A stretch of DNA of 64,000 bases, taken from positions 512,001 through 576,000 of the forward strand of contig JBPOGH010000001.1 of NCBI GenBank assembly GCA_051252135.1. Reading direction: 5' to 3'. This DNA is from Verrucomicrobiaceae bacterium. GTDB lineage: Bacteria > Verrucomicrobiota > Verrucomicrobiia > Verrucomicrobiales > Akkermansiaceae. Shown one piece after another: positions 39,273 to 49,200 of this stretch. Under the pieces are notes generated by a model. It had not been told where the DNA came from, did no database searches, and saw only the letters and a list, made by a program, of their open reading frames with translations. Within the stretch, counting starts at the first letter, position 1, and each line of letters opens with the position of its first letter. A program made the position numbers and the translations under genes.

Positions 39273-41114
39273 TTACTTCATGAGCGAACCCATCAGCTCG
39301 TTCATGCCGGCAATGATGCCCGCCGGATTCTTAACCAGTCCCGCAGCAAGCAATGCATTGTCCGTAAGCTGATGGGCCACCTTGCCCGCCAGCTCCTCGT
39401 TCTCCCCTTTCAGTGCATGAAGTTTGGCTACCAACTCGTGATTCGGATTCACTTCAAGACGGGCTTTCATTGCCGGAGCATCCTGCCCCATCGCCTCCAT
39501 CATTGCGCGCAGCTGGCCACTCGGCGCATCCTGTGACTGCAATGCCACCACCGGGTGGGACACCAACCGCTTGCCGGCTTCCACTTTTTCAACCTTGTCT
39601 CCCAAAGTCTTGCCCAACCATTCCACAAGGTCCTTGGTATCCTCTTCACTCAGCTTGGTCTCGGTGTCAGCCAAATCATCCAGCTCAATGTCGGCACGAT
39701 CCGCGCTCACCAGCTTCTTCCCTTTGAACTCACGAAGGGTCTCCATGATGTAGTCGTCCACCGAATCGGTAAACAATGCCACTTCGATCCCGCGCTTTTG
39801 GAACGCTTCCAAATAAGGACCGGTCATCATCTCATCCCGATCCGTCCCCGTAAGATAATAAATGGTATCCTGATCCTCCTTCGCCCGTGTCAAATAGTCA
39901 CCCAGCGAGGTCTTCTCACCCGCATCAAGCATGCTTGATTCAAATCGCAAAAGCCCCGCCAGCTCTTCCTGCTGATCCATCGAGGTTGCAATCCCCTCTT
40001 TAATAAAGCGGCCAAAGCGATCAAAAAACTCCTGATACTTCCCGGGCTCATTCTTGGCCTCACTCTTGAGATGCTTAATGTAGCGCTTCGTTAGCAAGCG
40101 ATTGAGCTTCTGCACCAGCGCGCTGTCCTGCATCGACTCCCGGGAAATATTCAGCGGCAAATCTTCGCTATCCACCACTCCTTTTAGGAAGCGCAACCAC
40201 TCGGGAAGCAAACCCTGTGGCTCGGCATCAATAAGAACCTTACGGCAATACAAGGAAACACCGGACTTCATCTGCCCCATCCCGAACCGTTCGTGATTCT
40301 CCTCGGGCGTAAAGAGCAATGCATTCAGATTGATCGGCGCATCCGTGCTGAAGTGCATCGTGTGCCGGGGCTTGTCGAAGGCGTGGGCGCAGTACTTGTA
40401 AAACTCCTCATACTCCTCCTCGCTGATGTCCTTCTTGGACTTCAGCCAAATTGCCTCCACCGTATTGACCAGCTCGCCATCCAACTTCAGCGGGAAGGAA
40501 ACAAAACGCGAGTAACGATCAATGATTCCCTTGATCGTATCCCCTTTCGCAAACTCCCCGGCATCTTCTTTCAGGTGCACCACCACGCGCACCCCTCGCT
40601 GCTGCTCTTCCACCTCTTCAATGGTGTATCCCGTCTGCCCGTCACTTGACCACTTCAGCGACTCCGCTCCCTCATCCCAGGAATGGGTGTAAACCTCCAC
40701 CTTGTCCGCTGCCATGAAGGCCGAGTAAAAACCGACCCCGAACTGGCCAATCACCGAGGCGTTGGCATCCCCCTTCTCTTTAAGAGCCTCCAAAAACTCC
40801 TTCGACCCCGAACGCGCAATCGTGCCCAGATTCGCCGCCAACTCCTCACGATTCATCCCGATCCCGTGATCGGCAAACGTGATCGTCTTCGCTTCCTCAT
40901 CCGTCGTGATGTTGATCTCCAGCGGAAGATCACCCTGATAAATCGTGTTCTCCGTCAGCTGCTTCAGGCGCAACTTCTCAAGGGAATCAGACGCATTCGA
41001 GATCAGCTCACGAACAAAAATCTCCTTATCCGTGTAAAGGGAATGAATGACGATATCGAGAAGCTGACGAACTTCGGCCTGGAAGGACTGTGTTTGGGGC
41101 TGTGAATCGCTCAT
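39273..41114 (-). CDS. htpG: Hsp90 chaperone
   Basis: FQAEV, RELISNASD, NLGTIARSG, IGQFGVGFYS, PLNISRE. Confidence 0.97.
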   Translation of the reverse strand: MSDSQPQTQSFQAEVRQLLDIVIHSLYTDKEIFVRELISNASDSLEKLRLKQLTENTIYQGDLPLEINITTDEEAKTITFADHGIGMNREELAANLGTIARSGSKEFLEALKEKGDANASVIGQFGVGFYSAFMAADKVEVYTHSWDEGAESLKWSSDGQTGYTIEEVEEQQRGVRVVVHLKEDAGEFAKGDTIKGIIDRYSRFVSFPLKLDGELVNTVEAIWLKSKKDISEEEYEEFYKYCAHAFDKPRHTMHFSTDAPINLNALLFTPEENHERFGMGQMKSGVSLYCRKVLIDAEPQGLLPEWLRFLKGVVDSEDLPLNISRESMQDSALVQKLNRLLTKRYIKHLKSEAKNEPGKYQEFFDRFGRFIKEGIATSMDQQEELAGLLRFESSMLDAGEKTSLGDYLTRAKEDQDTIYYLTGTDRDEMMTGPYLEAFQKRGIEVALFTDSVDDYIMETLREFKGKKLVSADRADIELDDLADTETKLSEEDTKDLVEWLGKTLGDKVEKVEAGKRLVSHPVVALQSQDAPSGQLRAMMEAMGQDAPAMKARLEVNPNHELVAKLHALKGENEELAGKVAHQLTDNALLAAGLVKNPAGIIAGMNELMGSLMK

Positions 41115-41135
41115 AATGGTAATGTTTCGGGCGGG

Positions 41136-41163
41136 AAAATACCCATCATCCCCCACCTGTCAA
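41136..41163 (-). promoter_or_regulatory. Putative sigma70 promoter of htpG
   Basis: TTGACA-16-TATTTT on the minus strand, 21 nt before the ATG. Confidence 0.55.
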
Positions 41164-41316
41164 CGGTCCGTCTGGCCAAGATAAATACGAAACCACCCCC
41201 TAATTTGCTCCTGTCATTCAAATCCCCAAACTTTCCGGCCCTTGCCCCCCTTTTTCCTTTAGAAAATATAATGCCGTGCTATCTCCACCACACTCTTTTC
41301 ACCAGCATCCTATCTT

Positions 41317-43104
41317 ATGCCGTCTCCATCTGCTTCCGCGCCCGCGGATTCGTCCTCCGACCTTCGTAATGCTGTCATCCGCCTCGCTGGAAATTCCCAG
41401 GACGGAATTCAGTCCATTGGTGCCTTTTTAGGCCAACTCGCAGGCTCGACCGCCCAGGAGGTCATGACTTACATGACCATCCCCTCCACCATCTCGGGAG
41501 GCCCTTCCATCTTCCAGGTCCACCTTGGCTCCGGCGACGTCCTCCACCCCGGAGACGAAGCCGATACCCTCGTCGCCTTCTACCAGCACTCCTACGACAA
41601 CCACCTCCACACCGTGCGCGACGGCGGCATTTGTTTCTACGACTCCGATCAGGTCGAGGAAATCAAGGAAGAGCGCGGCATCACCCATGTGGGCGTCCCC
41701 TTCACCTCCGCCACCATCGAGGCCATCGGTGGCACCGCCAAATCACGCGGTAAGAACATCTTCGTCCTCGGACTTTTGTGCTCCATTTACCGGCTCGACC
41801 GCGAGCGCATGACCGAAATCATCACCGGAAAGTTTGGCAAAAAATCGGAAGACGTCCTCCGCAACGCCATGCTCGCCTTCGATGCCGGATACGCCTGGCC
41901 CATCCATGACATCGAGCACATGCCCATGGCCCCCGGTGAGAACGAAGGAGACAAGCGCCTCTCCACCGATGGCAACACCGTCCTCGCCCTCGGCCTCATC
42001 GCCGGCGGCGTCCGCTTCGGTGCCGGCTACCCCATCACCCCCTGGACCACCATCATGGAGTTCCTCCGCTCCGAACTTCCGAAATACAACGGAATGTTCA
42101 TCCAGTGTGAGGACGAACTGGCCGCCGTCTCCCTTGCCATCGGCGCCTCCTACTCCGGCCACCTCGCCATCACCGGTTCATCCGGCCCCGGCCTCGCTCT
42201 TAAGGCAGAAGCCATCGGCTACGCCTGCATGGCCGAAATGCCTCTCATCGTCGTCAACATCCAGCGTGGCGGCCCTTCCACCGGCCTCCCGACTTCCGTC
42301 GAGCAATCCGACCTCATGCAAGCCATCTACGGCTCCCACGGTGACGCCCCTCGCGTCGTCATCGCTCCCAAGGATGTCGAAGATTGCTTCTACACCGCCA
42401 TCGAGGCCTGCCGCATCGCACGAGAATACTCCACTCCCGTGATCATCCTCTCCGATCAGGCCATCGCCACCCGCCTCGAAGCCTTCGAAGAGCCTGATCT
42501 CACAAAACACTGGATCGAACCGACTCTCGACCTCTCCGAGCGCGGAGCCGACTTCAAGCCCTACCCCCTCGACAAACTCACCCAGCACGCCGCTCCCGGA
42601 TCACGGATGACCGAAGAAAAATATCCCGTCGTCACCGGCCTCGAGCACGACGAATGGGGCCACCCTTCCGGCAACCCCGAGAACCACGAAAAGATGACCG
42701 CCAAGCGCCGCGACAAGCTCGTCAGGCTGGCCGAAAGCTACGACCCCACCACCATTGATGGAGACTCCTCTGGCTCACTCCTGATCGTCGGTTGGGGCTC
42801 CACCTACGGCCCCATCAAGGAAGCAACCCAACGACTCAACGCCGAAGGGCACAAGGTCGGCGCCGTTCACCTGCGCCACGTCCACCCGCTCCCCACCGAC
42901 CTCGAGGACATCTTCTCCAAATACGATCACATCCTCGTCCCGGAAATGAACGATTCCGGACTCTACGGATACGGCCAACTGGCCACCCTCCTCCGCGCCA
43001 AGACCTGCAATGCCGGCATCAAGTCCCTCAACAAAGTCCAAGGCATCAGCTTCCGCGTCCGCGAAATCGTAGTGGCTGCCGAAAAGCTCATCGCCTCCAA
43101 ATAA
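41317..43104 (+). CDS. korA: 2-oxoacid:ferredoxin oxidoreductase alpha subunit (gamma-alpha fusion)
   Basis: GYPITP, EDELAA, SGPG, QRGGPSTGLPT, GWGST. Substrate specificity not determined. Confidence 0.9.
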   Translation: MPSPSASAPADSSSDLRNAVIRLAGNSQDGIQSIGAFLGQLAGSTAQEVMTYMTIPSTISGGPSIFQVHLGSGDVLHPGDEADTLVAFYQHSYDNHLHTVRDGGICFYDSDQVEEIKEERGITHVGVPFTSATIEAIGGTAKSRGKNIFVLGLLCSIYRLDRERMTEIITGKFGKKSEDVLRNAMLAFDAGYAWPIHDIEHMPMAPGENEGDKRLSTDGNTVLALGLIAGGVRFGAGYPITPWTTIMEFLRSELPKYNGMFIQCEDELAAVSLAIGASYSGHLAITGSSGPGLALKAEAIGYACMAEMPLIVVNIQRGGPSTGLPTSVEQSDLMQAIYGSHGDAPRVVIAPKDVEDCFYTAIEACRIAREYSTPVIILSDQAIATRLEAFEEPDLTKHWIEPTLDLSERGADFKPYPLDKLTQHAAPGSRMTEEKYPVVTGLEHDEWGHPSGNPENHEKMTAKRRDKLVRLAESYDPTTIDGDSSGSLLIVGWGSTYGPIKEATQRLNAEGHKVGAVHLRHVHPLPTDLEDIFSKYDHILVPEMNDSGLYGYGQLATLLRAKTCNAGIKSLNKVQGISFRVREIVVAAEKLIASK

Positions 43105-43123
43105 TTCCCAACTCTCCACTCCC

Positions 43124-44023
43124 ATGTCCGACCTCACCTCTGCCGCTCCCGCTGAAAAGCTGACCAAAAAACAGCTCAAAGCCGATCACCCCACCTGGTG
43201 CCCCGCTTGTGGCGACTTCGCCGTTCTCGCCTCCTTCTTCAACGTCGTCCAAAAGCTGGGTATCCCCCACGAAAAAATCTGCGTCGTCGCCGGCATCGGT
43301 TGCTCCTCCCGCTTCCCCTACTTCGTCAACGCACACGGCATCCACTTCATCCACGGTCGCGCCCTTCCCTTGGCAACCGGCATCTCCCTTTCCCGCCCCG
43401 ACCTCCACGTCTTCGTCTTCGGGGGCGATGGCGATGGCTTCTCCATCGGAGGCAACCACCTCAACCACGCCGCGCGGAAGAACGTCAATCTCTCCTACGT
43501 CGTCATGGACAACTTCGTCTATGGCCTCACCAAGAACCAGACCTCTCCCACCACCCCGCTCGGTCGCAAATCCAAGACCGATCCCCGTGGTGCCATCGAC
43601 CGCCCCATCAACCCCATGGCCCAACTCGTTGCCAGTGGTGCCACCTTCATCGCCCGCACCCATGCTGCCCAGGTGAAGCACATGAACGAAATGTTCGAGC
43701 GCGCCATCCTCCATCCCGGCTTCGCCGTCGTGGAAACCCTCTCCGAGTGCACCATGTTCTACCCGGGAGCCTTCGATGACAGCAACCCGCGCAAAGGAGG
43801 CACCTTCGACCTCGTCGATGAAGAAACCCAGGACCTCGAGTCCGTCGCCGCGGCCATGGACCTCAGCCAAGACCTCAATCCTGGAAAATTCGGCGTCTAC
43901 CTCGAAAAAAACCGCCCCACCAAGAACGAGCTCGAGCGTGAATGGCTCGCCGATGCCCAATCGAAAGTCAAGGGCCTCTCCGAACAGGATATCCTCCGCC
44001 AACGCTTCGCCTCGATGCGCTAG
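43124..44023 (+). CDS. korB: 2-oxoacid:ferredoxin oxidoreductase beta subunit (TPP-binding)
   Basis: WCPACGD, GIGCSS, HGRALP, GGDGD, YGLTKNQTSPT. Confidence 0.9.
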   Translation: MSDLTSAAPAEKLTKKQLKADHPTWCPACGDFAVLASFFNVVQKLGIPHEKICVVAGIGCSSRFPYFVNAHGIHFIHGRALPLATGISLSRPDLHVFVFGGDGDGFSIGGNHLNHAARKNVNLSYVVMDNFVYGLTKNQTSPTTPLGRKSKTDPRGAIDRPINPMAQLVASGATFIARTHAAQVKHMNEMFERAILHPGFAVVETLSECTMFYPGAFDDSNPRKGGTFDLVDEETQDLESVAAAMDLSQDLNPGKFGVYLEKNRPTKNELEREWLADAQSKVKGLSEQDILRQRFASMR

Positions 44024-44209
44024 TTTTCTGGTCTCGCAGCCCCAATCAAACACCACTCATTCCACGGAAGAAGAGTCGTTACTTTTATTTCCGGGGCCCG
44101 GGTGTCATTCCCCCGGACCCATCGGGTTTCACCTCGGGATAATCCGAAGCAAGTTCGTTTCCCTTCATCCTCACTTGCAGTCCTGCCCGCCATCACCTAA
44201 GTCATCAGC

Positions 44210-45631
44210 ATGTTCTCGAACCTCGCTGACAGCCTCGACAAAACCTTCCGCAATCTCCGGGGCGTTGGGAAAATCTCCGAAAAGAATATCGCCGATGCCC
44301 TCCGCGAGGTCCGTCTCTCCTTGCTTGAGGCCGATGTCGAACTCGGAGTGGTTAAGAATTTCATCGCCAATGTCAGCATCAAGGCCCAAGGGGCCGAAGT
44401 CCTGAAGTCAGTTAAGCCCGGCGAGCAGATCGTCAAAATCTTCCAGGACGAGCTCACCGCCCTCCTTGGCGGCGACCAGTCGCCCATCAACCTCAACCCT
44501 CCGGGCTACGTTCTCATTTGCGGTCTCAACGGTGCCGGTAAGACCACCACCGCCGCCAAACTCGCCCTCCGCCTTAAAAAAGAAGGCCGCCGCCCCCTCC
44601 TGGTCGCCTGTGACCTTTACCGACCCGCAGCCATCGACCAACTCGCCAAACTGGCCGAACAGGTTGATGTCCCCTGCTACACCCCCGACCCTTCGGAGAA
44701 AAATCTCGTCAAGGTTGCCAAGGATGCCCTCAAGTGGGCCAAAACTGAAAATGGCACAGTTGTCATTTTCGATACCGCAGGTCGTCAGGAGCTCGACGAA
44801 GCCCTCCTCGACGAGCTCAAGAAACTCCACAGTTTCCTCAACCCCGGAGAAACCCTCCTCGTCGCAGACTCTGCCACCGGCCAACAAGCGGTGTCAGTTG
44901 CTCAAACCTTCGACGAAAAGATCGGCATCACCGGCCTCATTCTGACCAAGCTTGACGGAGACGCCCGCGGAGGTGCCGCCCTCTCCATGCGCGCTGTCAC
45001 CGGCAAGCCCATCAAATACATCGGTGAAGGCGAAAAGATGGAGGATCTCGCCGAGTTCCACCCCAACCGCATGGCCGACCGGATCCTCGGCATGGGAGAT
45101 GTCGTCTCCATGGTCGAGCAGGTTGCCGACAAGATTGACGAGGAACAGGCCATGAAGTCCGCCAAGCGGATGCAGTCGGGCAAATTTGATTTCAACGACT
45201 TCCTGGATCAAATGAAAATGCTCCAGAATCTCGGCCCCCTCGAAGGCCTGATGGGAATGCTCCCCGGATTCAGCAAAATCAAAAAACAACTCCCCACCGG
45301 AGCACTCGATAGCAAACGAATGAAGCACATGGAGGCCATCGTTCTCTCCATGACTCCCCAGGAACGCGCCCGCCCCATCATCATCAAGCCGGGAAGAAGG
45401 CGTCGTCTCGCCAAGGGCTCTGGCACCTCACTCATTCAGGTCAACCAGCTCCTCAAGCAGTTCGGCATGATGCAGAAAATGATGAAGTCGAAGGGCAAGA
45501 TGAAGGGCATGATGCAGCAACTCGGCGGCATGGGCGGACCGGGCGGAGGCGGAATGCCCGACATGGACGGTCTCGAAGACCTCCTCGGTGGCGGAAAAGG
45601 CGGAAAAGGCGGTCCAAAACTCCCTTTTTAA
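44210..45631 (+). CDS. ffh: Signal recognition particle protein
   Basis: GLNGAGKTT, DTAGR, TKLDGDARGG, Met-rich M domain. Confidence 0.98.
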   Translation: MFSNLADSLDKTFRNLRGVGKISEKNIADALREVRLSLLEADVELGVVKNFIANVSIKAQGAEVLKSVKPGEQIVKIFQDELTALLGGDQSPINLNPPGYVLICGLNGAGKTTTAAKLALRLKKEGRRPLLVACDLYRPAAIDQLAKLAEQVDVPCYTPDPSEKNLVKVAKDALKWAKTENGTVVIFDTAGRQELDEALLDELKKLHSFLNPGETLLVADSATGQQAVSVAQTFDEKIGITGLILTKLDGDARGGAALSMRAVTGKPIKYIGEGEKMEDLAEFHPNRMADRILGMGDVVSMVEQVADKIDEEQAMKSAKRMQSGKFDFNDFLDQMKMLQNLGPLEGLMGMLPGFSKIKKQLPTGALDSKRMKHMEAIVLSMTPQERARPIIIKPGRRRRLAKGSGTSLIQVNQLLKQFGMMQKMMKSKGKMKGMMQQLGGMGGPGGGGMPDMDGLEDLLGGGKGGKGGPKLPF

Positions 45632-45676
45632 AATAGAACTCGCTCCAATTTACCTAAAACTTTAGCTTCAACCGCA

Positions 45677-45982
45677 ATGGAACAGATCACGGCCCAACTT
45701 AAGGACTTTCTTCAATACATCGCTCTTCAGTTCATCAAAGAGCCCAAGCTTGCCGAACTCCGGATCGGTCACTCTGGTGACAAAAAAGTCAATTTTCGTC
45801 TCGTCCTCACCCAGCCGGATGTGGCGATTCTCATCGGCAGGCAGGGGTTCACCGCCTCCACCATCCGCAGCCTCTTAAAGGCCGCTGCCGAGCGCGAAGG
45901 TGTCCAGGTCAACCTCCGCATCCATTCCCATGAGGAGGAGCAGCAATACATCGCTGCCGCCGAAGCAAAGGAAATGGAGTAA
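45677..45982 (+). CDS. khpA: KH domain RNA-binding protein (KhpA-like)
   Basis: DVAILIGRQGFTASTIRSLL (GxxG loop); follows ffh. Confidence 0.8.
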   Translation: MEQITAQLKDFLQYIALQFIKEPKLAELRIGHSGDKKVNFRLVLTQPDVAILIGRQGFTASTIRSLLKAAAEREGVQVNLRIHSHEEEQQYIAAAEAKEME

Positions 45983-46005
45983 TCCACTGCCTGGTAACCT
46001 CTTTG

Positions 46006-46037
46006 AACCATCCAACTTCGAGTTGGGTGGTTTTTTT
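46006..46037 (+). terminator. Intrinsic terminator after ffh-khpA
   Basis: AACCATCCAACT-TCG-AGTTGGGTGGTT followed by a T-run. Confidence 0.85.
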
Positions 46038-46220
46038 GTAACTTGGTTGCAGCTCGTTCCGTCACCCTATTTTAGGGATTGCCATCCCCTAAAAAGGGAA
46101 GGCTAAATGGACCGTCCTGTCCTCCTCGGCTAAAGATGAAAATCTTTGCCAGCTCTCACGATTTTCTCATGTGAGCTCGTGGACATTACTTCCCCAACCC
46201 CAAAACCTACATATCCCCAA

Positions 46221-49200
46221 ATGTGGCATTCTCGTCATCTCCTCGTTCTTGCTCTCATCTCGATTCTTAATCCGGCAGCCTCTGGCCAAGTCCGGATCAA
46301 CGAATTGATGGCGTCAAACACCAGGTCCTTTCCTGATATCATCGATTTCGAGGACTACCCGGATTGGATTGAGCTCCACAATCCGGATGTCGCCGCAGTA
46401 AGCCTCGACGGCTATTTCCTCAGTGATAACCCGGCAGACCCGTTCAAATGGCGCATTCCCGCCGGGGCCTCCATCCCCGCAGGAGGCTATCTGCTTTTCA
46501 TGGCCGATGGTCACGATGCCGCTCCCGGGGAAACCCACCCCAGGGGATATTGGCCATGGCGAAATTTTACCACCGAACGCTACCACACCAACTTTTCGCT
46601 CAGCGCTGACGGTGAGTCGGTCGTTCTCACCCAAACCACCGGTTCCAATACCACCCCCCTCATTGCAACTGGCTCGACCTGGAAGTATCTCGACAACGGG
46701 TCGGATCAATCAACACAATGGCGGGCTCGCGTCTTTGACGACACCTCCTGGGCCTCGGGCCCGGCTGCTCTGGGCTATGGTGACTCTCCCGTTACGGAGA
46801 TTTCTTTCGGTGGCAATAGCAACCAAAAGCACATCACCACCTACTACCGCCACACCTTCAACGTCGCCGATCCTTCAATTTACCAGACCCTCGCTCTCGC
46901 CCTGCAAGTCGACGATGGTGCGGTAATCTATCTCAACGGAGCTGAAATCGTCCGGGATAACCTCCCCACCACCGGAACCATCATCTACACCACCCGTGCC
47001 GAAGAAGCGATCGGTGGTTCTGATGAAAGCGATTTCACCACCTTCAATCTCTCAGCCTCAGGCTTGGTCGCCGGTGACAATGTGATCGCGGTAGAGGTTC
47101 ATCAGTCCTCTCAAACCAGCTCCGACACCCGATTTGACATGTCTCTGGAAGCCACCGCCTACACCGGACCCTCCATTGTCGACTCCATCACCTACACCAC
47201 GCAAGTGACCGATGTCTCCTACGGGCGCGACCTGACCACGCCGACCATTTGGAAACAATTTGCCGAATCCACCCCGGGCGCCGCCAACATCACCGCCGCG
47301 GTGACCGACGTCCGCTTGTCCAGCGGCAAGGCCTCCATCTCTCCGAATGCCGGATTCTATTCCAGTGAACAAACCATCACCCTCACCACAAGCGCAGGCG
47401 ATCTCTACTACACCCTGGACGGAAGCAATCCCACCACCTCATCCACGCTCTACACGGCCCCGTTTGCTGTGAGCTCCACCACCGTGGTGCGGGCCCGGGT
47501 TTTTGAAACCGGAAAAGTCCCCGGCCCCATCCTCACCAGCACCTACTTCTTCGGAGAATCCTTCAATGGCCTCCCCATCGTCTCCGCGGTCGCAGATCCC
47601 GAAACTCTTTTTGGTGATGAAATCGGGATTTACGATAATGACCATGAACTCATCACCTCGGGAATGAATGAAGTCTACAAGGGAAAGGACGCTCCCGGAC
47701 ACATCCAATATTTCCCCACCGACAGCAGCAGTGGCTTCCAGGTCAATGGCGGCTTCCGCATCGGCGGCGAGAACAACTGGGGCTCCCATGAACAAAAAGC
47801 CCTCAATTTCACTCTTCGTGGAAAATACGGTGATGACGCCATTAAATACGACCTCTTCCCCGGCAGTAACATCCCCGTCCACACCGCCATCGCCTTCCGG
47901 GAGGGCGGCGATGATTGGGATGATGCCATGCTCCGCGACCCCATGTGGAACACCATCGCAGAAGGCTACATCAATGCGGAAACCAATGCCTCCACCCCTT
48001 GTGTCGTCTTCCTGAACGGCGAATACTGGGGCGTTTACAACATCCGCTCCCGCTGGGACGAACAATGGCTCTTCGAGCACCATGGCGTCGATAATGGCGA
48101 ATACTCCCACCTCGGATACGGGCATTTCACCAGCTCCTCCACAACCCTCGGCGCTCACAATGGCGACACCGCCGAATGGCTCGACCTGCTCCAGTTTATC
48201 GACGCCAACGACATCAACGATCCCGCCAACTGGGCCTTCGTCGAGTCCCGGGTCGACATTGACAGCTTCATCGATTTCATCGTTTCCGAGAGCTTCGCAA
48301 ACAACTCCAGTTGGAGCCATAACCGCGAGTTTTGGAAAGCCGACAAACCCGGAAGCAAATGGCGGTGGTTCCTCCCGGACATGGACCGCACCTTCAAGCT
48401 CTCCGAGATCAACAGCAACCGCTTTGGCGACATTCTCAATGATGACGCGCTTCTCGACCGCATCAAAAACCAACCCACCTTCAAAGCCCGCCTCGCCCAG
48501 CGCTACTCCGCCCACATCGAATCCACTTTTGACGCGACCAGAATCGCCAACATCGTCGACACCCTGGGTGCAGTCATCACACCCGAACTGGCCCGCCACA
48601 AAGCCAAATGGTCAGGCAGTATCGATGCCGCCCAACAAGCCATCGACCTCCAGGAAATCAAAGACTACGCAACGCAAAGAAAGCCCGGCGTCCATGATGA
48701 AATCTCGGCCGAACTTGGCCTCGACCCCTATGTCATTGTCACCCTCGCTGTCACCGGATCCGGCTCCTTCTCCTTCGAGGGAATCCCCGTCGAACCGGGT
48801 AACATGAGAATCTTCCCCAACCTTGACGCATCCATCGAAGCCATCCCCGCCCCCGGCTACGTCTTCGATTCCTGGAGCGGGCTCGCCGGAGGTGCTGCCA
48901 CCACTCTCAACATCGCAGGCGCTGAAACAATCACCGCCAACTTCATCCCTGCGGGCGGCACCGTCACCGGAGGCACTCTCGCCACCAACACCACCTTCAA
49001 CGCCGCCGGTTCCCCCTATCACATCGACACCGACCTCATCGTCCCCACCGGAGTCACCCTCACCATCGGCCCCGATGTCATTCTCGAAATGACCGCCGGA
49101 CGCAACATCCGCGTCATGGGCACTCTCGATATCCAGGGAGCACTGGGTCAGGAAGTCACCATCCGCGGTCGCAATGGAGTCACCTGGGGCGGCCTCTCGT

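Noticed and set aside
43088..44056. 322-aa ORF antisense to korB
   Set aside because: Shadow of a well-supported gene.
44030..44170. Possible SRP (4.5S) RNA upstream of ffh
   Set aside because: A GC-rich hairpin is present near 44091-44126, but I could not find the conserved helix-8 motif (CAGG...GNRA...AGCAG); more likely a korAB terminator.
45590..45612. GGCGGAAAA tandem repeat at the 3' end of ffh
   Set aside because: In-frame Gly-Gly-Lys repeat within the usual Gly-rich Ffh tail.
47439..48599. 386-aa antisense ORF in CotH paralog 1, with a similar one at 52624-53349
   Set aside because: The similarity simply mirrors the paralogy of the sense genes.
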